A DNA stretch of 64,000 bases, taken from assembly GCA_965140705.1 (NCBI GenBank), contig OZ223300.1:64001-128000 (forward strand), in the 5' to 3' direction. A model generated the notes under the pieces. It did not search any database. It was not told the DNA's origin and saw nothing but the letters and a program-made list of their open reading frames with translations. Position 1 is the first letter of the stretch. Each line of letters begins with the position of its first letter. This document shows positions 41,365 to 52,773 of the stretch, piece by piece. A program made the translations under genes and the position numbers. The stretch comes from an uncultured Arcobacter sp. (lineage in GTDB: Bacteria; Campylobacterota; Campylobacteria; Campylobacterales; Arcobacteraceae).

Positions 41365-41876
41365 TTTTAGTTTTATTGTTTGCATTAATTGCAAATGCCA
41401 ATGAGTTGAAGTTGCTTGATGGCCAAATTCAAGCCCACACAGAAGTTTTTGGAGATAGTACTATTGATCCACAAACAAAAGATATAATAACAAAGGTACA
41501 AAAAGGTGATTCAATAGAATCAATAAGTGGAGAATTTATTATCAACTCTTCTACTCTTACAAGTGATAATAAAGACAGAGATAAACACATGTATGAAGTT
41601 TTGAAATCTTCTGTTAGTCCAAAAATTTCATTTACTATAATAGCAATTGAAAAAGCAGGAGACAAATATAAAATAACAGGTAATTTGAAAATGAATAAAA
41701 TGACCCATCAAATTACAACATTGGCAACTATAACTCAAAATGATAAAATAAACATAAATGGAGATTTTTCAATAAATCTTACAGATTTTGACTTAGAGCC
41801 ACCAACAATGTTTTTTCTAACAGTTAGAAATAAGATAGATATAAAATATAATTTTGACTTTGACAAAGGAATGTAG
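41352..41876 (+). CDS. YceI-family periplasmic lipid/polyisoprenoid-binding protein
   Basis: AAGGAG + ATG 41352; signal peptide; SDNKDRDKHM, ITGNL, INLTDF. Confidence 0.85.
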   Translation: MFKLVLVLLFALIANANELKLLDGQIQAHTEVFGDSTIDPQTKDIITKVQKGDSIESISGEFIINSSTLTSDNKDRDKHMYEVLKSSVSPKISFTIIAIEKAGDKYKITGNLKMNKMTHQITTLATITQNDKININGDFSINLTDFDLEPPTMFFLTVRNKIDIKYNFDFDKGM

Positions 41877-42329
41877 ATGTTAAAAAAACTTTTATTTTTA
41901 CCCCTATTTGCTATTATTTTATATGCAAATAGTTTTGAGGTAAATCAGAACATAGGAACTTTTTCATTACCAAATCAATTTGATAAAAAACAGACAATAG
42001 ATAGTTCTATTACTACTATTTTAGTATCTTTTGAAAAGGGAACAGGAAAAGATGTAAATCAATTCTTAGCTAGTAAAGACAAAGATTTTTTAAAAAATCA
42101 CCATGCAGTTTTTATTGCAAATATTTCAGGAATGCCCTCAATTATAACAAGAATGTTCGCCTTACCTAAGATGAGAGATTATAAACATAGTGTTTTACTA
42201 ATTTATGATGATGACGACAAAAGATTTGTAAGCCAAGAGGGTAAAACAACCCTTTACAAGCTAAAAGATGGTGTGATAAAATCTATTTCTTTTATCACAA
42301 AAGATGATTTGGAAAAAGTATTTCAATGA
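41877..42329 (+). CDS. Exported hypothetical protein (possible redoxin-like fold without Cys)
   Basis: Signal peptide; LPNQFD and ISGMP...FALPKMR. Confidence 0.55.
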   Translation: MLKKLLFLPLFAIILYANSFEVNQNIGTFSLPNQFDKKQTIDSSITTILVSFEKGTGKDVNQFLASKDKDFLKNHHAVFIANISGMPSIITRMFALPKMRDYKHSVLLIYDDDDKRFVSQEGKTTLYKLKDGVIKSISFITKDDLEKVFQ

Positions 42330-43057
42330 AACTACCCTCACTAAAGGAAATTGAAGTATTTGTAAAAGCCCATGAATTAGAGGGCTTAAAAATACTTCAC
42401 CTTAGTGATATTCATATTAATAAAAAAACTTCCCTAAAAAATATTCAAGATTTAGTAACTCTTTGTAATCTTTGTGAAGCTGATTTTATAGTTATCACAG
42501 GGGATATTATTGATTGTAAAGTTATATATATACTTGATAAACTAAAAGTATTAAATAGTATAGAAAAAAAAGTTTTTTATATAAGTGGAAATCATGATTT
42601 ATTTTATGGTTTTGAGGAGTTAAAACCTTTACTAGAAAATTTTATACTCTTGGATAATGAGACTTACTTTTTAGAATATAAAAATACAAAAATAGCCCTA
42701 GCAGGCTTGAGTGATAGATTCTCAAAATTTTTTAAAATCAAAAGAGAAGAAAACAAAGTTATAAACTTTTTAAGTGCTTATAAAAACTCTATTTTTATAG
42801 CCCACCAACCAAAAGATTATAAGTTTGCTTTAAAAGCCAATGCCAAACTCTTTTTATGTGGACATACACATGGCGGTCAAATTTACCCCTTTCACTATGT
42901 TGTTAGACTCTTTCAACCTTTTTTAGCAGGGCTTTTTTATATAAAACAAACAGCTATTTATGTAAATAAGGGCTTAGGATATTGGGGTATAGATTTTAGA
43001 TATAAAGCAAATAGTGAAATTACTTTATTAAAATTAACATCAAAAAGTGTAGAATAA
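42326..43057 (+). CDS. Soluble metallophosphoesterase
   Basis: SDIH, GDIID, GNHD, AHQP, GHTHGGQ. Confidence 0.9.
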   Translation: MKLPSLKEIEVFVKAHELEGLKILHLSDIHINKKTSLKNIQDLVTLCNLCEADFIVITGDIIDCKVIYILDKLKVLNSIEKKVFYISGNHDLFYGFEELKPLLENFILLDNETYFLEYKNTKIALAGLSDRFSKFFKIKREENKVINFLSAYKNSIFIAHQPKDYKFALKANAKLFLCGHTHGGQIYPFHYVVRLFQPFLAGLFYIKQTAIYVNKGLGYWGIDFRYKANSEITLLKLTSKSVE

Positions 43058-43061
43058 TCAA

Positions 43062-43730
43062 ATGAAAATTTTAATAATCGAAGATGATGTAAAAATCGTA
43101 AATTTTTTAAAAAAAGGCTTAGAAGAAGAGTCTTATAGTATAGATTATTCACACAATGGTGAAGAGGGATTATATTTAGCAAGTGTCAATAGCTATGATT
43201 TGATTTTGCTTGATATTATGCTTCCATTACTTGATGGAATAGAAGTGTGCAAAAAATTGAGAGCTGAAAAAATACATACTCCCATTATAATGCTAACAGC
43301 AAAGGATAGTATTGAAGATACTATAAAAGGCTTAGATATTGGGGCAAATGATTATTTACCTAAACCTTTCTCTTTTTCTGAACTATTAGCAAGAATAAGA
43401 GTGCAATTAAGGGCAAAAGATTCAACTCAAACCACTCTAAAAATAGCAGATTTGGAGCTTGACCTCCTTGCAAAAACAGCAAAAAGAGCGGGTGAAGATA
43501 TAACTTTAACGGCAAAAGAGTTTTCACTTTTAGAATATTTAATCAAAAACCAAAATAAAGTATTATCAGAAACAGTATTAGCTTCAATGCTTAATAATAT
43601 GGATGAATCAAATATTAGTAATCTTGTAAATGTCTATATTTATAGACTAAGAAATAAAATAGATAAACCTTATGAAAAAAAACTCATAAAAACAATTAGA
43701 GGATTAGGATTTAAAATAGATGCTCAATAA
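43062..43730 (+). CDS. OmpR-family response regulator (CusR/CzcR-like)
   Basis: IEDD, LDIMLP, LTAKD, KPF, VYIYRLRNKID. Confidence 0.93.
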   Translation: MKILIIEDDVKIVNFLKKGLEEESYSIDYSHNGEEGLYLASVNSYDLILLDIMLPLLDGIEVCKKLRAEKIHTPIIMLTAKDSIEDTIKGLDIGANDYLPKPFSFSELLARIRVQLRAKDSTQTTLKIADLELDLLAKTAKRAGEDITLTAKEFSLLEYLIKNQNKVLSETVLASMLNNMDESNISNLVNVYIYRLRNKIDKPYEKKLIKTIRGLGFKIDAQ

Positions 43731-45090
43731 GCTATCAATCAAACGAAAACTACTTATTTATAATGTTTTAATACAAGGCTTTATTTTAATAATTCTATCT
43801 TTTTCTATTTATAAAACTTTGCAAGTTTCAACTATAGATAAAATAGAGAGTTCCTTAAAAGTAATTATTTTAGATATTACAGATGATATTATTGATCACA
43901 AAAATGAACTTTCCGATTTGAGTTTTAATGAAGAGAATGAGTACAAATTTAAACCTTTGTATATAAGATTATTGGATGTAAATAAAGAACCAAAAGTGAT
44001 AAGTCCTTCATATTTTCCAAGTTCAATACCCTTTACATTTAATCATATACAAAATAATACTATTCACTTTGTAGAACACGAGAATTATATACTTGGCGAA
44101 ATAAAATTTAAGATGAAAGGTGAAACTTATATCTTACAAGTTGCTACTGATTATAAAGTATTAAATCATACTATGGAAAATCTATTTTATATCTTATTAT
44201 TCATTGTTCCTATTATTTTGATTTTTTCTATTATTGGTGGATATTTTTTGATTTACAAATCTTTTGCACCCATTGAAAAGATACTTTTTGATTTGAAAAA
44301 AATAAATGCCACGACCTTAAGTGAGCGATTAAAAAGTTCAAATACTAAAGATGAAATTTCACAACTTTCAAATGAAATCAATAGTCTACTTCAAAGACTT
44401 GAAATATCCTTTGACAAAATAAATCAATTCTCAAGTGATGCCTCCCATGAACTTAAAACTCCTCTTACAATTATTAGGGGTGAAATAGAAATAGCCCTTA
44501 GAAAAGATAGAGATTCTAAAGAGTACAAAGAGACATTAAATGTCTGTTTAGATGAAGTTTTGATGATACAAAACACTATCGATGATTTACTTTTTTTAGC
44601 CAAAAATGAAAATAACAAAGATGTTTATAAAGAAGATGCATATATAGATGAGATAACAACTGATGCAATAAAAGAGTTAAGCCCCTATGCAAAATTAAAA
44701 AATATAAATATCCAATCCCAAATAAAAGATATTTTTCAAATAAAAGGGCATCCAAAACTTCTAAAAATAGCTATTAAAAATATTCTTAAAAATGCTATCT
44801 CTTTTAGTCATGAAAATTCTGATGTAATCATAAAAAACTATATAAAAGATGACAAATTTATTGTTAGTATTGAAGATAAAGGAATAGGAATAGCACAAGA
44901 AGAACAAACTAAAATATTTGAAAAGTTTTATAGAACAGATAAAAGTAGAAATAAAGAATCTGGTGGGACAGGATTAGGAATGGCAATAGTTGAAAAAATC
45001 ATCTCAAGCCATAATGGGAAAATTGATTTAAAAAGTAGTGAAAACAAAGGTACAACTGTAAAGCTAATCTTTACAAAAAACAGGTTCTAA
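43720..45090 (+). CDS. Sensor histidine kinase (CusS/CzcS-like)
   Basis: 2 TM, HAMP, DASHELKTPL, DKGIGI, GGTGLG. Confidence 0.93.
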   Translation: MLNKLSIKRKLLIYNVLIQGFILIILSFSIYKTLQVSTIDKIESSLKVIILDITDDIIDHKNELSDLSFNEENEYKFKPLYIRLLDVNKEPKVISPSYFPSSIPFTFNHIQNNTIHFVEHENYILGEIKFKMKGETYILQVATDYKVLNHTMENLFYILLFIVPIILIFSIIGGYFLIYKSFAPIEKILFDLKKINATTLSERLKSSNTKDEISQLSNEINSLLQRLEISFDKINQFSSDASHELKTPLTIIRGEIEIALRKDRDSKEYKETLNVCLDEVLMIQNTIDDLLFLAKNENNKDVYKEDAYIDEITTDAIKELSPYAKLKNINIQSQIKDIFQIKGHPKLLKIAIKNILKNAISFSHENSDVIIKNYIKDDKFIVSIEDKGIGIAQEEQTKIFEKFYRTDKSRNKESGGTGLGMAIVEKIISSHNGKIDLKSSENKGTTVKLIFTKNRF

Positions 45091-45225
45091 ATCCCATTTA
45101 TTTTGTGATTTTGAACTTTTTGGCTACAATTCCACCAAAAGATACTCTTATTGGGGAATTTCCCTCAAAACTTAAGAAAACAATCAAATTTATAAATTTT
45201 AGATTTTAAAAATAGTGGAGAACAG

Positions 45226-46722
45226 ATGGTAAAAAAATATTTTAAAAGGGATGAGTGGTTCAGCAATATCAGAGGAGATACTCTCTCTGGGCTTGTTGTT
45301 GCATTAGCTTTAATTCCTGAAGCAATAGCCTTTTCAATTATTGCAGGAGTTGATCCTAAAATTGGACTTTATGCTTCATTTTGTATAGCTGTTGTAATCT
45401 CATTTGTGGGTGGTCGTCCAGGAATGATAAGTGCTGCAACTGGAGCTATGGCACTTGTAATGGTGAGCTTAGTAAAAGATTATGGTTTGCAGTATTTATT
45501 GGCAGCTACTCTTTTAACAGGTATATTTCAAATAATCGCCGGATACTTAAAACTTGGAAGATTTATGAGTTTTGTTCCAAGAGCTGTTGTAATTGGTTTT
45601 GTAAATGCTTTGGCCATTTTAATTTTTATGGCCCAATTACCTGAACTTACAAATGTAACTTGGCATGTTTATGCTCTTACAGCCCTTGGACTTGCAATTA
45701 TCTATTTATTTCCTTATGTTCCAAAAATCGGGAAAATCATTCCTTCGCCACTTGTTACAATTATTACTTTAACACTTATTGTACTTTTTTTAGGAATTGA
45801 TGTAAGAACTGTTGGAGATATGGGAGAACTTCCTGATACTTTACCTATATTTTTATTTCCAGATATTCCATTAAATCTCAATACTTTACTTATCATCCTT
45901 CCTTACTCTGTTTCACTAGCAGTTGTTGGTCTTTTAGAATCACTTATGACATCAACTATAGTTGATGAATTAACAGATACTAAAAGTGAGAAAAATAGAG
46001 AATGTACAGGTCAAGGTATTGCAAATATTGCCTCTGGACTTTTAGGAGGAATGGCTGGATGTGCTATGATTGGGCAATCAGTTATCAATATAAAATCAGG
46101 TGGACGAACAAGGTTATCAACTTTTTTAGCTGGAGTATTTTTACTTATTATGGTTGTATTTTTAAGTGGCATAATCTCAGTAATTCCAATGGCTGCTTTA
46201 GTTTCTGTTATGATTATGGTTTCAATTGGAACCTTTGATTGGGGTTCATTTAGAAATTTAAAAACTCTACCCCTATCAACAAACTTAGTAATGCTTACAA
46301 CCGTTTGTGTAACAGTTTATACCCATAACTTAGCCCATGGTGTTTTCTCAGGTGTACTATTAGCTTCACTATTTTTTGCTAATAAAATCTCTCACTTTAT
46401 GTATAATGAAACTTCATACAATGAAGATAATACAATTAAAACTTACAAATTTGTAGGTCAAGTATTTTTTAATAGTGCTGATAAGTTTTATGCAGCCTTT
46501 GATTTTAAAGAGGTTTTGGATAAAGTTATTATTGACTTAACTCGTGCACATTTTTGGGATATTTCAGCTGTAAATGCACTTGATAAAGCAGTTATAAAAT
46601 TAAGACGAGAAGGTGCAGAAGTTGAAATAATCGGTCAAAATGAAGCTAGTAAAACTATTATTGATAGATTTGGAATTCATGATGATCCAGAGGAAATTGA
46701 AAAAGTAATGGGAGGACACTAA
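45226..46722 (+). CDS. SulP-family anion transporter with STAS domain
   Basis: [31 protein letters not shown]-terminal STAS. Confidence 0.93.
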   Translation: MVKKYFKRDEWFSNIRGDTLSGLVVALALIPEAIAFSIIAGVDPKIGLYASFCIAVVISFVGGRPGMISAATGAMALVMVSLVKDYGLQYLLAATLLTGIFQIIAGYLKLGRFMSFVPRAVVIGFVNALAILIFMAQLPELTNVTWHVYALTALGLAIIYLFPYVPKIGKIIPSPLVTIITLTLIVLFLGIDVRTVGDMGELPDTLPIFLFPDIPLNLNTLLIILPYSVSLAVVGLLESLMTSTIVDELTDTKSEKNRECTGQGIANIASGLLGGMAGCAMIGQSVINIKSGGRTRLSTFLAGVFLLIMVVFLSGIISVIPMAALVSVMIMVSIGTFDWGSFRNLKTLPLSTNLVMLTTVCVTVYTHNLAHGVFSGVLLASLFFANKISHFMYNETSYNEDNTIKTYKFVGQVFFNSADKFYAAFDFKEVLDKVIIDLTRAHFWDISAVNALDKAVIKLRREGAEVEIIGQNEASKTIIDRFGIHDDPEEIEKVMGGH

Positions 46723-46723
46723 A

Positions 46724-47557
46724 ATGAGTTCAAAAAAAGTTTTAGTATGTATTGATGATTCTTCATATTGTAAAGCAGCTTGTGAATATGGAGTCTATAT
46801 CGCTAAGCTTCACAATTTACCACTTGTCTTATTAAATGTAGTAGATCATTTACATGTTTCGAAAAAAGTTGATTTATCAGGAAATATTGGATTTGGGTCA
46901 AAGGAGACTTTACTTGAAGAACTTAGTCTTGAAGAGCAAGAAGAGAGTAAAAAACTTATAAGTAAAGGACGAACTCTTTTAAAAAATTTTAGTGACTATG
47001 CGAAGGAGCAAGGAATTGAAAATCTTTTTTCACTTCAAAGACATGGGAATTTTGAAGAGAATCTTGAAGATTTAGAAAAAGAGACTTTTATTGCAATCAT
47101 TGGTTTTGATAAAAATAGTAAAAACCTTGAAGACATCATTAGAGCGCTTACTCTTCCAATACTAATAGTAAACTCTGAATTTTTTCCTATTAATTCGATT
47201 TTAATGGCATATGATGGCTCTGATTATGCAAATAAAGCTATCTATGAGGCTACAAAAGAGCCAATATTTCCAAATATCACAAGACATATAGTAAATATAA
47301 ACAAAGATACACAAAACTCACAAAAGTTATTAAGTGAAGCTAAAAATCTTTTTGCTAAAGCAGATTTTGAAATACAAACTTCTTCATTGGAAGGGAATAA
47401 TAAGGTTGAAGAGATATTAAATTATCAAAGAAACAATAAGCTAGATATTATAGCTATGGGTGCCTATAGTCACAATAGATTAAAAAGTGTTTTATTTGGT
47501 AGTTTCACTTCAAAAATGTTAGAAAAAGTAGAAAGACCCCTACTTCTTTTTAGATAA
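46724..47557 (+). CDS. Tandem-domain universal stress protein
   Basis: VCIDDS, AYDGS, MGAYSH...FGSFT; follows sulP. Confidence 0.9.
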   Translation: MSSKKVLVCIDDSSYCKAACEYGVYIAKLHNLPLVLLNVVDHLHVSKKVDLSGNIGFGSKETLLEELSLEEQEESKKLISKGRTLLKNFSDYAKEQGIENLFSLQRHGNFEENLEDLEKETFIAIIGFDKNSKNLEDIIRALTLPILIVNSEFFPINSILMAYDGSDYANKAIYEATKEPIFPNITRHIVNINKDTQNSQKLLSEAKNLFAKADFEIQTSSLEGNNKVEEILNYQRNNKLDIIAMGAYSHNRLKSVLFGSFTSKMLEKVERPLLLFR

Positions 47558-47646
47558 TATTCTAAAAAGAAGTTAATTAACTATACGTTAACTACTTATT
47601 AATTTAACTTAAATAAAATTCTATTAACATTAATATGAGGAATAAA

Positions 47647-49245
47647 ATGAAAAATCTTACACAATACAAATTAATACTTTTTGTAGCTATATTTTTAACT
47701 ACATTCTTTAATCTCTCTTTTTTTAAGAGTATTTTGGAAGTATATACCTTCTCTGGATCAAATATCATATACATAATATCTATTGCCTTTGTTTTTTTGG
47801 CTTTAATTGTATTTTTATTTTCACTAGTAGCAACTAAATATACTACCAAACCTATTTTAATAATTGTACTGATTGTATCATCCTTTACTGCATATTTTAT
47901 GGATACATATCATGTTGTAATTGATACAGAGATGATAAGAAACACACTACAAACTAACTTAAGTGAATCAAGTGATTTATTTAGTTTTCAACTTGTACTT
48001 TATGTGTTATTTTTAGGGCTTATACCTTCAATTCTTATTTATAAATTAAATATTAATTATAGACCATTAAAAACTGAAATCTTTGCAAAACTTAAAACTC
48101 TAATTATTTCATTATTAGTAATTGTCATAATAATTCTTAGTTTTAGTAAATTTTATACTTCATTTTTTAGAGAACATAAACCTTTAAGATACCATGCTAA
48201 CCCTATATTTTGGATATATAGTATTGGTAATTATATAAATAAAACTATAAATAGTGGTCCATTAGTTTTAGAAATAATTGGTAAGGATGCAAAATTTTCA
48301 CCAGAAGAGTATAAAAGTCCAAAGAAAGAACTTCTTATTATGGTGGTGGGAGAAGCTGCAAGAGCTAATAGATTCTCTTTAAATGGTTATAAAAGAGAAA
48401 CTAATCCTCTATTAAAAAAAGAAGACATAATAAACTTCCCAAATATGTATTCATGTGGTACTTCAACAGCAGTTTCTGTTCCATGTATGTTTTCTGTATA
48501 TCCAAGAAGTGAATACACTTATAAAAAAGGTATCTCAACTGAAAATGTAATTGATATTTTAAATAATACAAAAAAAGTAAATATACTTTGGAGAGATAAT
48601 AATTCTGATTCAAAGGGTGTGGCACTTAGAGTTAACTATCAAAACTTTAAAGACCCTAAAGTAAATACAATATGCGGAGATGGAGAGTGTAGAGATGAGG
48701 GTATGCTTGTAGGTCTTGATAAATTTATTGAAAAGCATAAAAATGAAGATATACTTATTGTTCTTCACCAAATGGGAAATCATGGACCAGCATATTACAA
48801 AAGATATCCAAAAGAGTTTGAAAAATTTAAACCAGTTTGTAAAACTAATCAATTGGAAAAATGTACACAAGAAGAAGTTGGTAATGCTTACGATAATGCA
48901 ATACTTTATACTGATTATTTTTTATCAAAAACAATAAACTTTTTAAAACCTTATTCAAATGATTATCATACAGGTCTAATTTATATGAGTGACCATGGAG
49001 AAAGCTTAGGAGAAAATGGCTTATATTTACATGGAATGCCTTATCTTATTGCACCAGATGAACAAAGACATATAGGTGCTCTAATGTGGTTTGGAGATGA
49101 TGATATAAATACTCAAAAACTAAAGACATATTCTGATAAAAGATTTTCACAAGATAATCTTTTTCATACACTTTTAGGTTTTTTTGAACTTGAAACAAAT
49201 GTTTATAAAAAAAATATGGATATATTAGCAAATGCAAGAAAGTAA
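47647..49245 (+). CDS. eptA: Lipid A phosphoethanolamine transferase (EptA/EptC family)
   Basis: 5 TMs, VVGEAARA, SCGTSTAVSVPCMFS, HQMGNHGP, SDHGESLGE; ATG 47647 after GAGG. Confidence 0.92.
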   Translation: MKNLTQYKLILFVAIFLTTFFNLSFFKSILEVYTFSGSNIIYIISIAFVFLALIVFLFSLVATKYTTKPILIIVLIVSSFTAYFMDTYHVVIDTEMIRNTLQTNLSESSDLFSFQLVLYVLFLGLIPSILIYKLNINYRPLKTEIFAKLKTLIISLLVIVIIILSFSKFYTSFFREHKPLRYHANPIFWIYSIGNYINKTINSGPLVLEIIGKDAKFSPEEYKSPKKELLIMVVGEAARANRFSLNGYKRETNPLLKKEDIINFPNMYSCGTSTAVSVPCMFSVYPRSEYTYKKGISTENVIDILNNTKKVNILWRDNNSDSKGVALRVNYQNFKDPKVNTICGDGECRDEGMLVGLDKFIEKHKNEDILIVLHQMGNHGPAYYKRYPKEFEKFKPVCKTNQLEKCTQEEVGNAYDNAILYTDYFLSKTINFLKPYSNDYHTGLIYMSDHGESLGENGLYLHGMPYLIAPDEQRHIGALMWFGDDDINTQKLKTYSDKRFSQDNLFHTLLGFFELETNVYKKNMDILANARK

Positions 49246-49927
49246 TAAATATATATTATTTACAATTATTTGTTTAGTATTAACTATTGCTCTTTTTCAA
49301 TATACTTCTTTGGATATCTATGTACAAAATTACTTTTTTCAAATAGATACCCATAGTTGGATATTAAATAGAGATGAACCTATATTAAGACTTTTGTTAT
49401 ACACTGGAATGAAAAAAGTTCTTATTACTTTTGCACTTTCTGTACTTTTAGTTTTTATTCTTTTTAGAAAAAAAGAACTTATAAAAAGATACAGAAATGG
49501 CATTATCATTTTTATTCTTAGTTCTATATTTGTGCCCTTAGTTGCTGCTACATTAAAAGATATTACAAATACTCCTTGTCCAAAAAATTTAGAGCACTAT
49601 GGCGGAAGATATCCAGATATAAAGATTTTAGATTCTTATCCAAAAGATTTTGTTCAAGAAAGAAGAATCAAATGTTGGCCAGCAGGACATGCAAGTGGTG
49701 GCTTTGCTCTTATGGCACTATTTTTTCTTTTTAAAAAAAGAAAAAATAAAATAATTGCTTTAGGATTTGGTCTTTTTATTGGTTGGAGTATGGGACTTTA
49801 TAAAATGCTTATAGGCGATCACTTTTTAAGTCATACTATAGTTACCATGCTTTTAGCTTGGCTTATAATTTTAATAATTGCAAAAATAGTACAAAGGAAA
49901 GAACTTGAGAAACCAACCCAAATATAA
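49232..49927 (+). CDS. PAP2-family membrane phosphatase
   Basis: LKxxxxxxCP, PAGHAS, GDHFLSH. Confidence 0.88.
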   Translation: MQESNKYILFTIICLVLTIALFQYTSLDIYVQNYFFQIDTHSWILNRDEPILRLLLYTGMKKVLITFALSVLLVFILFRKKELIKRYRNGIIIFILSSIFVPLVAATLKDITNTPCPKNLEHYGGRYPDIKILDSYPKDFVQERRIKCWPAGHASGGFALMALFFLFKKRKNKIIALGFGLFIGWSMGLYKMLIGDHFLSHTIVTMLLAWLIILIIAKIVQRKELEKPTQI

Positions 49928-50264
49928 CTTTTTTAAAAATACCTCTTATGCGTTAAAAGGCTTACTTGATTTAATAAAGACAGAAACCTCTTTTAAAATA
50001 GAACTTATTATTACTATCATTTTATTACCGACCCTATTTTTTATAGATACAACACTTACCAATAAACTTTTGATGTTTATTACTTTGATGGGTATGATTT
50101 TAGCAGAGACTACAAATAGTGCCATTGAAAGAGTTGTTGATCTTGTAACCTTAGACCATCATAAGATGGCAGGACGAGCAAAAGATGTTGGAAGTGCTAT
50201 TGTATTTATTAGTATCTTTATTTTTATTGTGACTTGGAGTTGTATATTACTTTCTAAATTGTAA
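49905..50264 (+). CDS. dgkA: Diacylglycerol kinase
   Basis: ETTNSAIERVVD, AKDVGSA; TTG start. Confidence 0.92.
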   Translation: MRNQPKYNFFKNTSYALKGLLDLIKTETSFKIELIITIILLPTLFFIDTTLTNKLLMFITLMGMILAETTNSAIERVVDLVTLDHHKMAGRAKDVGSAIVFISIFIFIVTWSCILLSKL

Positions 50265-50343
50265 AGAAAGTGTCAAGAAAACCTTCTACTACCCTTTAAG
50301 CTTTTATTTTATACTTACAATATAAAAATATAAAGGCTTAAAG

Positions 50344-50751
50344 ATGAAACTACTAATTCTTCTAGGATTAATTCTAAATCTAACTTATGCTTCTGTTGTT
50401 GATGATTATTTAAATGATCTCAAAGTAGAAGTTCAAAAATCAGATCCAAACTTCAAAGAATTTGATATAAAAAGAGGTGAAGAGATTTTCACATCAAAAC
50501 ATATGGGGAAAAAAGGTAAAGAGATAGCATGTACTTCTTGCCATGGTATTGACTTAACAAAATCAGGTAAAAACTTTTTCACTGGAAAAGTAATAGAACC
50601 ACTATCTCCACTAGCCAATCCAAAAAGATTTACTAAAGTCAAAAATATAGAAAAATGGTTAAGAAGAAATTTCAATGATGTTTATAAAAGAGTTGGCACA
50701 GCACAAGAAAAAGGTGATGTTGTAACTTATATATTGTCAAAGGATAAATAA
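50344..50751 (+). CDS. SHP-like monohaem cytochrome c (DUF1924)
   Basis: Signal peptide, CTSCH, IEPLSP, EKWLRRN, EKGD. Confidence 0.8.
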   Translation: MKLLILLGLILNLTYASVVDDYLNDLKVEVQKSDPNFKEFDIKRGEEIFTSKHMGKKGKEIACTSCHGIDLTKSGKNFFTGKVIEPLSPLANPKRFTKVKNIEKWLRRNFNDVYKRVGTAQEKGDVVTYILSKDK

Positions 50752-51266
50752 TGAAAGCTTTAATAATATTGACTTTACTAAGTTCACTAATTTTTGCAGA
50801 AAATCATTATTCTAATGGAAAACCTGGAGTAAAACCTGTAGATAATAAAATCTATAAACTAGAGTGTAGTGCTTGTCACTTTGCATATCAACCAGGTCTT
50901 TTACCAGCAGCTTCTTGGAATAAGATGATGAATAATTTAGAAAATCACTTTGACACTGATGCAAGCCTTGCAAAAGAAGATTTTAAAATCATAAAAGAGT
51001 ATTTAAATAAAAATAGTGCTGAAAAGGCTATGGAATACAGAAGAAGTAATAAAATTGTAAGAAGTATAAGAAGTGGAGATATTCCAGAATCTATTTCTAA
51101 AGTACCATATATCATCAGAAAACATGATGAAATTAGACACTCACTAATATCTCAAAAAGAGGTAAAAGGCTTATTTAACTGTGTAGCTTGTCATACCACA
51201 GCCGAAAGAGGAATATACAGTGAAAGAGATATAAAAATTCCAAACTATGGAAGATGGGATGATTAG
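50751..51266 (+). CDS. Dihaem cytochrome c (DHC)
   Basis: CSACHFAYQPGLLP..SW, HFDTDASL, CVACH. Confidence 0.88.
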   Translation: MKALIILTLLSSLIFAENHYSNGKPGVKPVDNKIYKLECSACHFAYQPGLLPAASWNKMMNNLENHFDTDASLAKEDFKIIKEYLNKNSAEKAMEYRRSNKIVRSIRSGDIPESISKVPYIIRKHDEIRHSLISQKEVKGLFNCVACHTTAERGIYSERDIKIPNYGRWDD

Positions 51267-51274
51267 GAGATAAG

Positions 51275-52394
51275 ATGCAAAAGATATATATTTGGTCACT
51301 ACCAACAAGAGTATTTCACTTTTTATTTGCTTTTTTTATTTTATTAGTATTTATTTCAAGTGAAGAAGATAGATGGTTATCATACCATGCAATAATTGGA
51401 TATGCAATATTTATACTTTTGTTATTTAGATTAGCATGGGGAATTTTTGGTCCAAAACACTCAAAATTTAAAGACTTCCCAATGGGCAAAAAAAATATAA
51501 AAGAGTTTTTAAATAATATCTTTGAAGATAAACAAAAATACATAGGTCACAACCCAATAGCTTCTTATGTCATGATAAGCATGCTTGTTGTTTGCTTTTT
51601 TGCAGTTATAACTGGAGTTTTAGCATATGGTATACAAGAGGGTAAAGGAATATTTGCATATTTAAATAGCTCTTTTTTTGAAGATATGAAATTATTTAAA
51701 CATATTCATGAATTTTTATCAACTCTATTTTTGGTACTTTTAGCTTCACATATACTAGGAGTAATAAGTGATAGAATACTTCATAAAAAACATGAAACAC
51801 TAAACTCTATAGTAACAGGTTATAAAAAAAGTGAAAATGAGCAGGGAATAAAACTAAATATTTTTCAAAAATTTTTAGCTTTTATGTTTTTAGTTATTCT
51901 TGTTTCTTTTTTCATATTTAATATTGTAAAACCAGATAATGTATTAATAGCTTCAACTTTTAAAGCAGTAGATTATAAAAAAGAAAACCCTCTTTTTGTA
52001 AGCGAGTGTGCATCGTGCCATACTCTGTATCCCTCCAAATTTATTGCCTGAGAAATCATGGAGAATATTGATGGGAGATTTAAAGAATCATTTTGGAGAT
52101 GATGCAAGCTTAGATGCAAAAGATGAAAAAATTATCTTAGACTTTTTAGTAAAATATAGTGCTGAAAAATCTACAAAAAAAGCTAGTTTCAAAATTCTAA
52201 AGTCTATAGGAAATAAAGATATAATAGCCATGACTCAAACAACTTATTGGAAAAAGAAACATGAAGATATTCCAAAAAGTGTATTTTTAAATAAAGAAGT
52301 TAAAAGTAAAGCCAACTGTAAAGCTTGCCATAGTGATGTGGAGAAAGGATTAATTGAAAATGATAAAATTAAAAATATTAGCTCTTTTATGTAG
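51275..52394 (+). CDS. Cytochrome b fused to a DHC domain, split by a +1 frameshift at ~52031-52033
   Basis: TRVFH, GHNP, H ligands; CASCHTLYP then PNLLPEKSW...HFGDDASL...CKACH in the next frame. Confidence 0.82.
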
Positions 52395-52773
52395 CATTAT
52401 TTTCACTACTAATCTTTTTGCAGATAAATATGAACATCATGAAAGAGATGAAAAGGTTAAACATCATATTTATAAAAACTTAGATTATCTAAATCTTGAC
52501 AAAAACCAATTAGCCAAGCTAAAAGAGGTATTAAAAAAATATAAAATAGAATCTAAAAAATTTTATAAATTTGAAAGAAAAAAAGAGAAAGAATTAACTC
52601 AAATAATTGGGAAAAGAGATTTTGATGAAAAAGCCTATGAAAAAGTTTTAGATGAGATTAATCAAAAATCTAAAGAGATAGAGATAAAAAATCTAAAAAA
52701 GATTCATGATATTTTAAATGATGAACAAAAAGAGAAATTTTCTCACTTTTTAAAGGAGTGGAGAATTGAATAG
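52354..52773 (+). CDS. Spy/CpxP-like periplasmic protein
   Basis: Signal peptide, charged helical body, LNLDKNQ and ILNDEQ motifs; start may be ATG 52360. Confidence 0.72.
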   Translation: MKMIKLKILALLCSIIFTTNLFADKYEHHERDEKVKHHIYKNLDYLNLDKNQLAKLKEVLKKYKIESKKFYKFERKKEKELTQIIGKRDFDEKAYEKVLDEINQKSKEIEIKNLKKIHDILNDEQKEKFSHFLKEWRIE

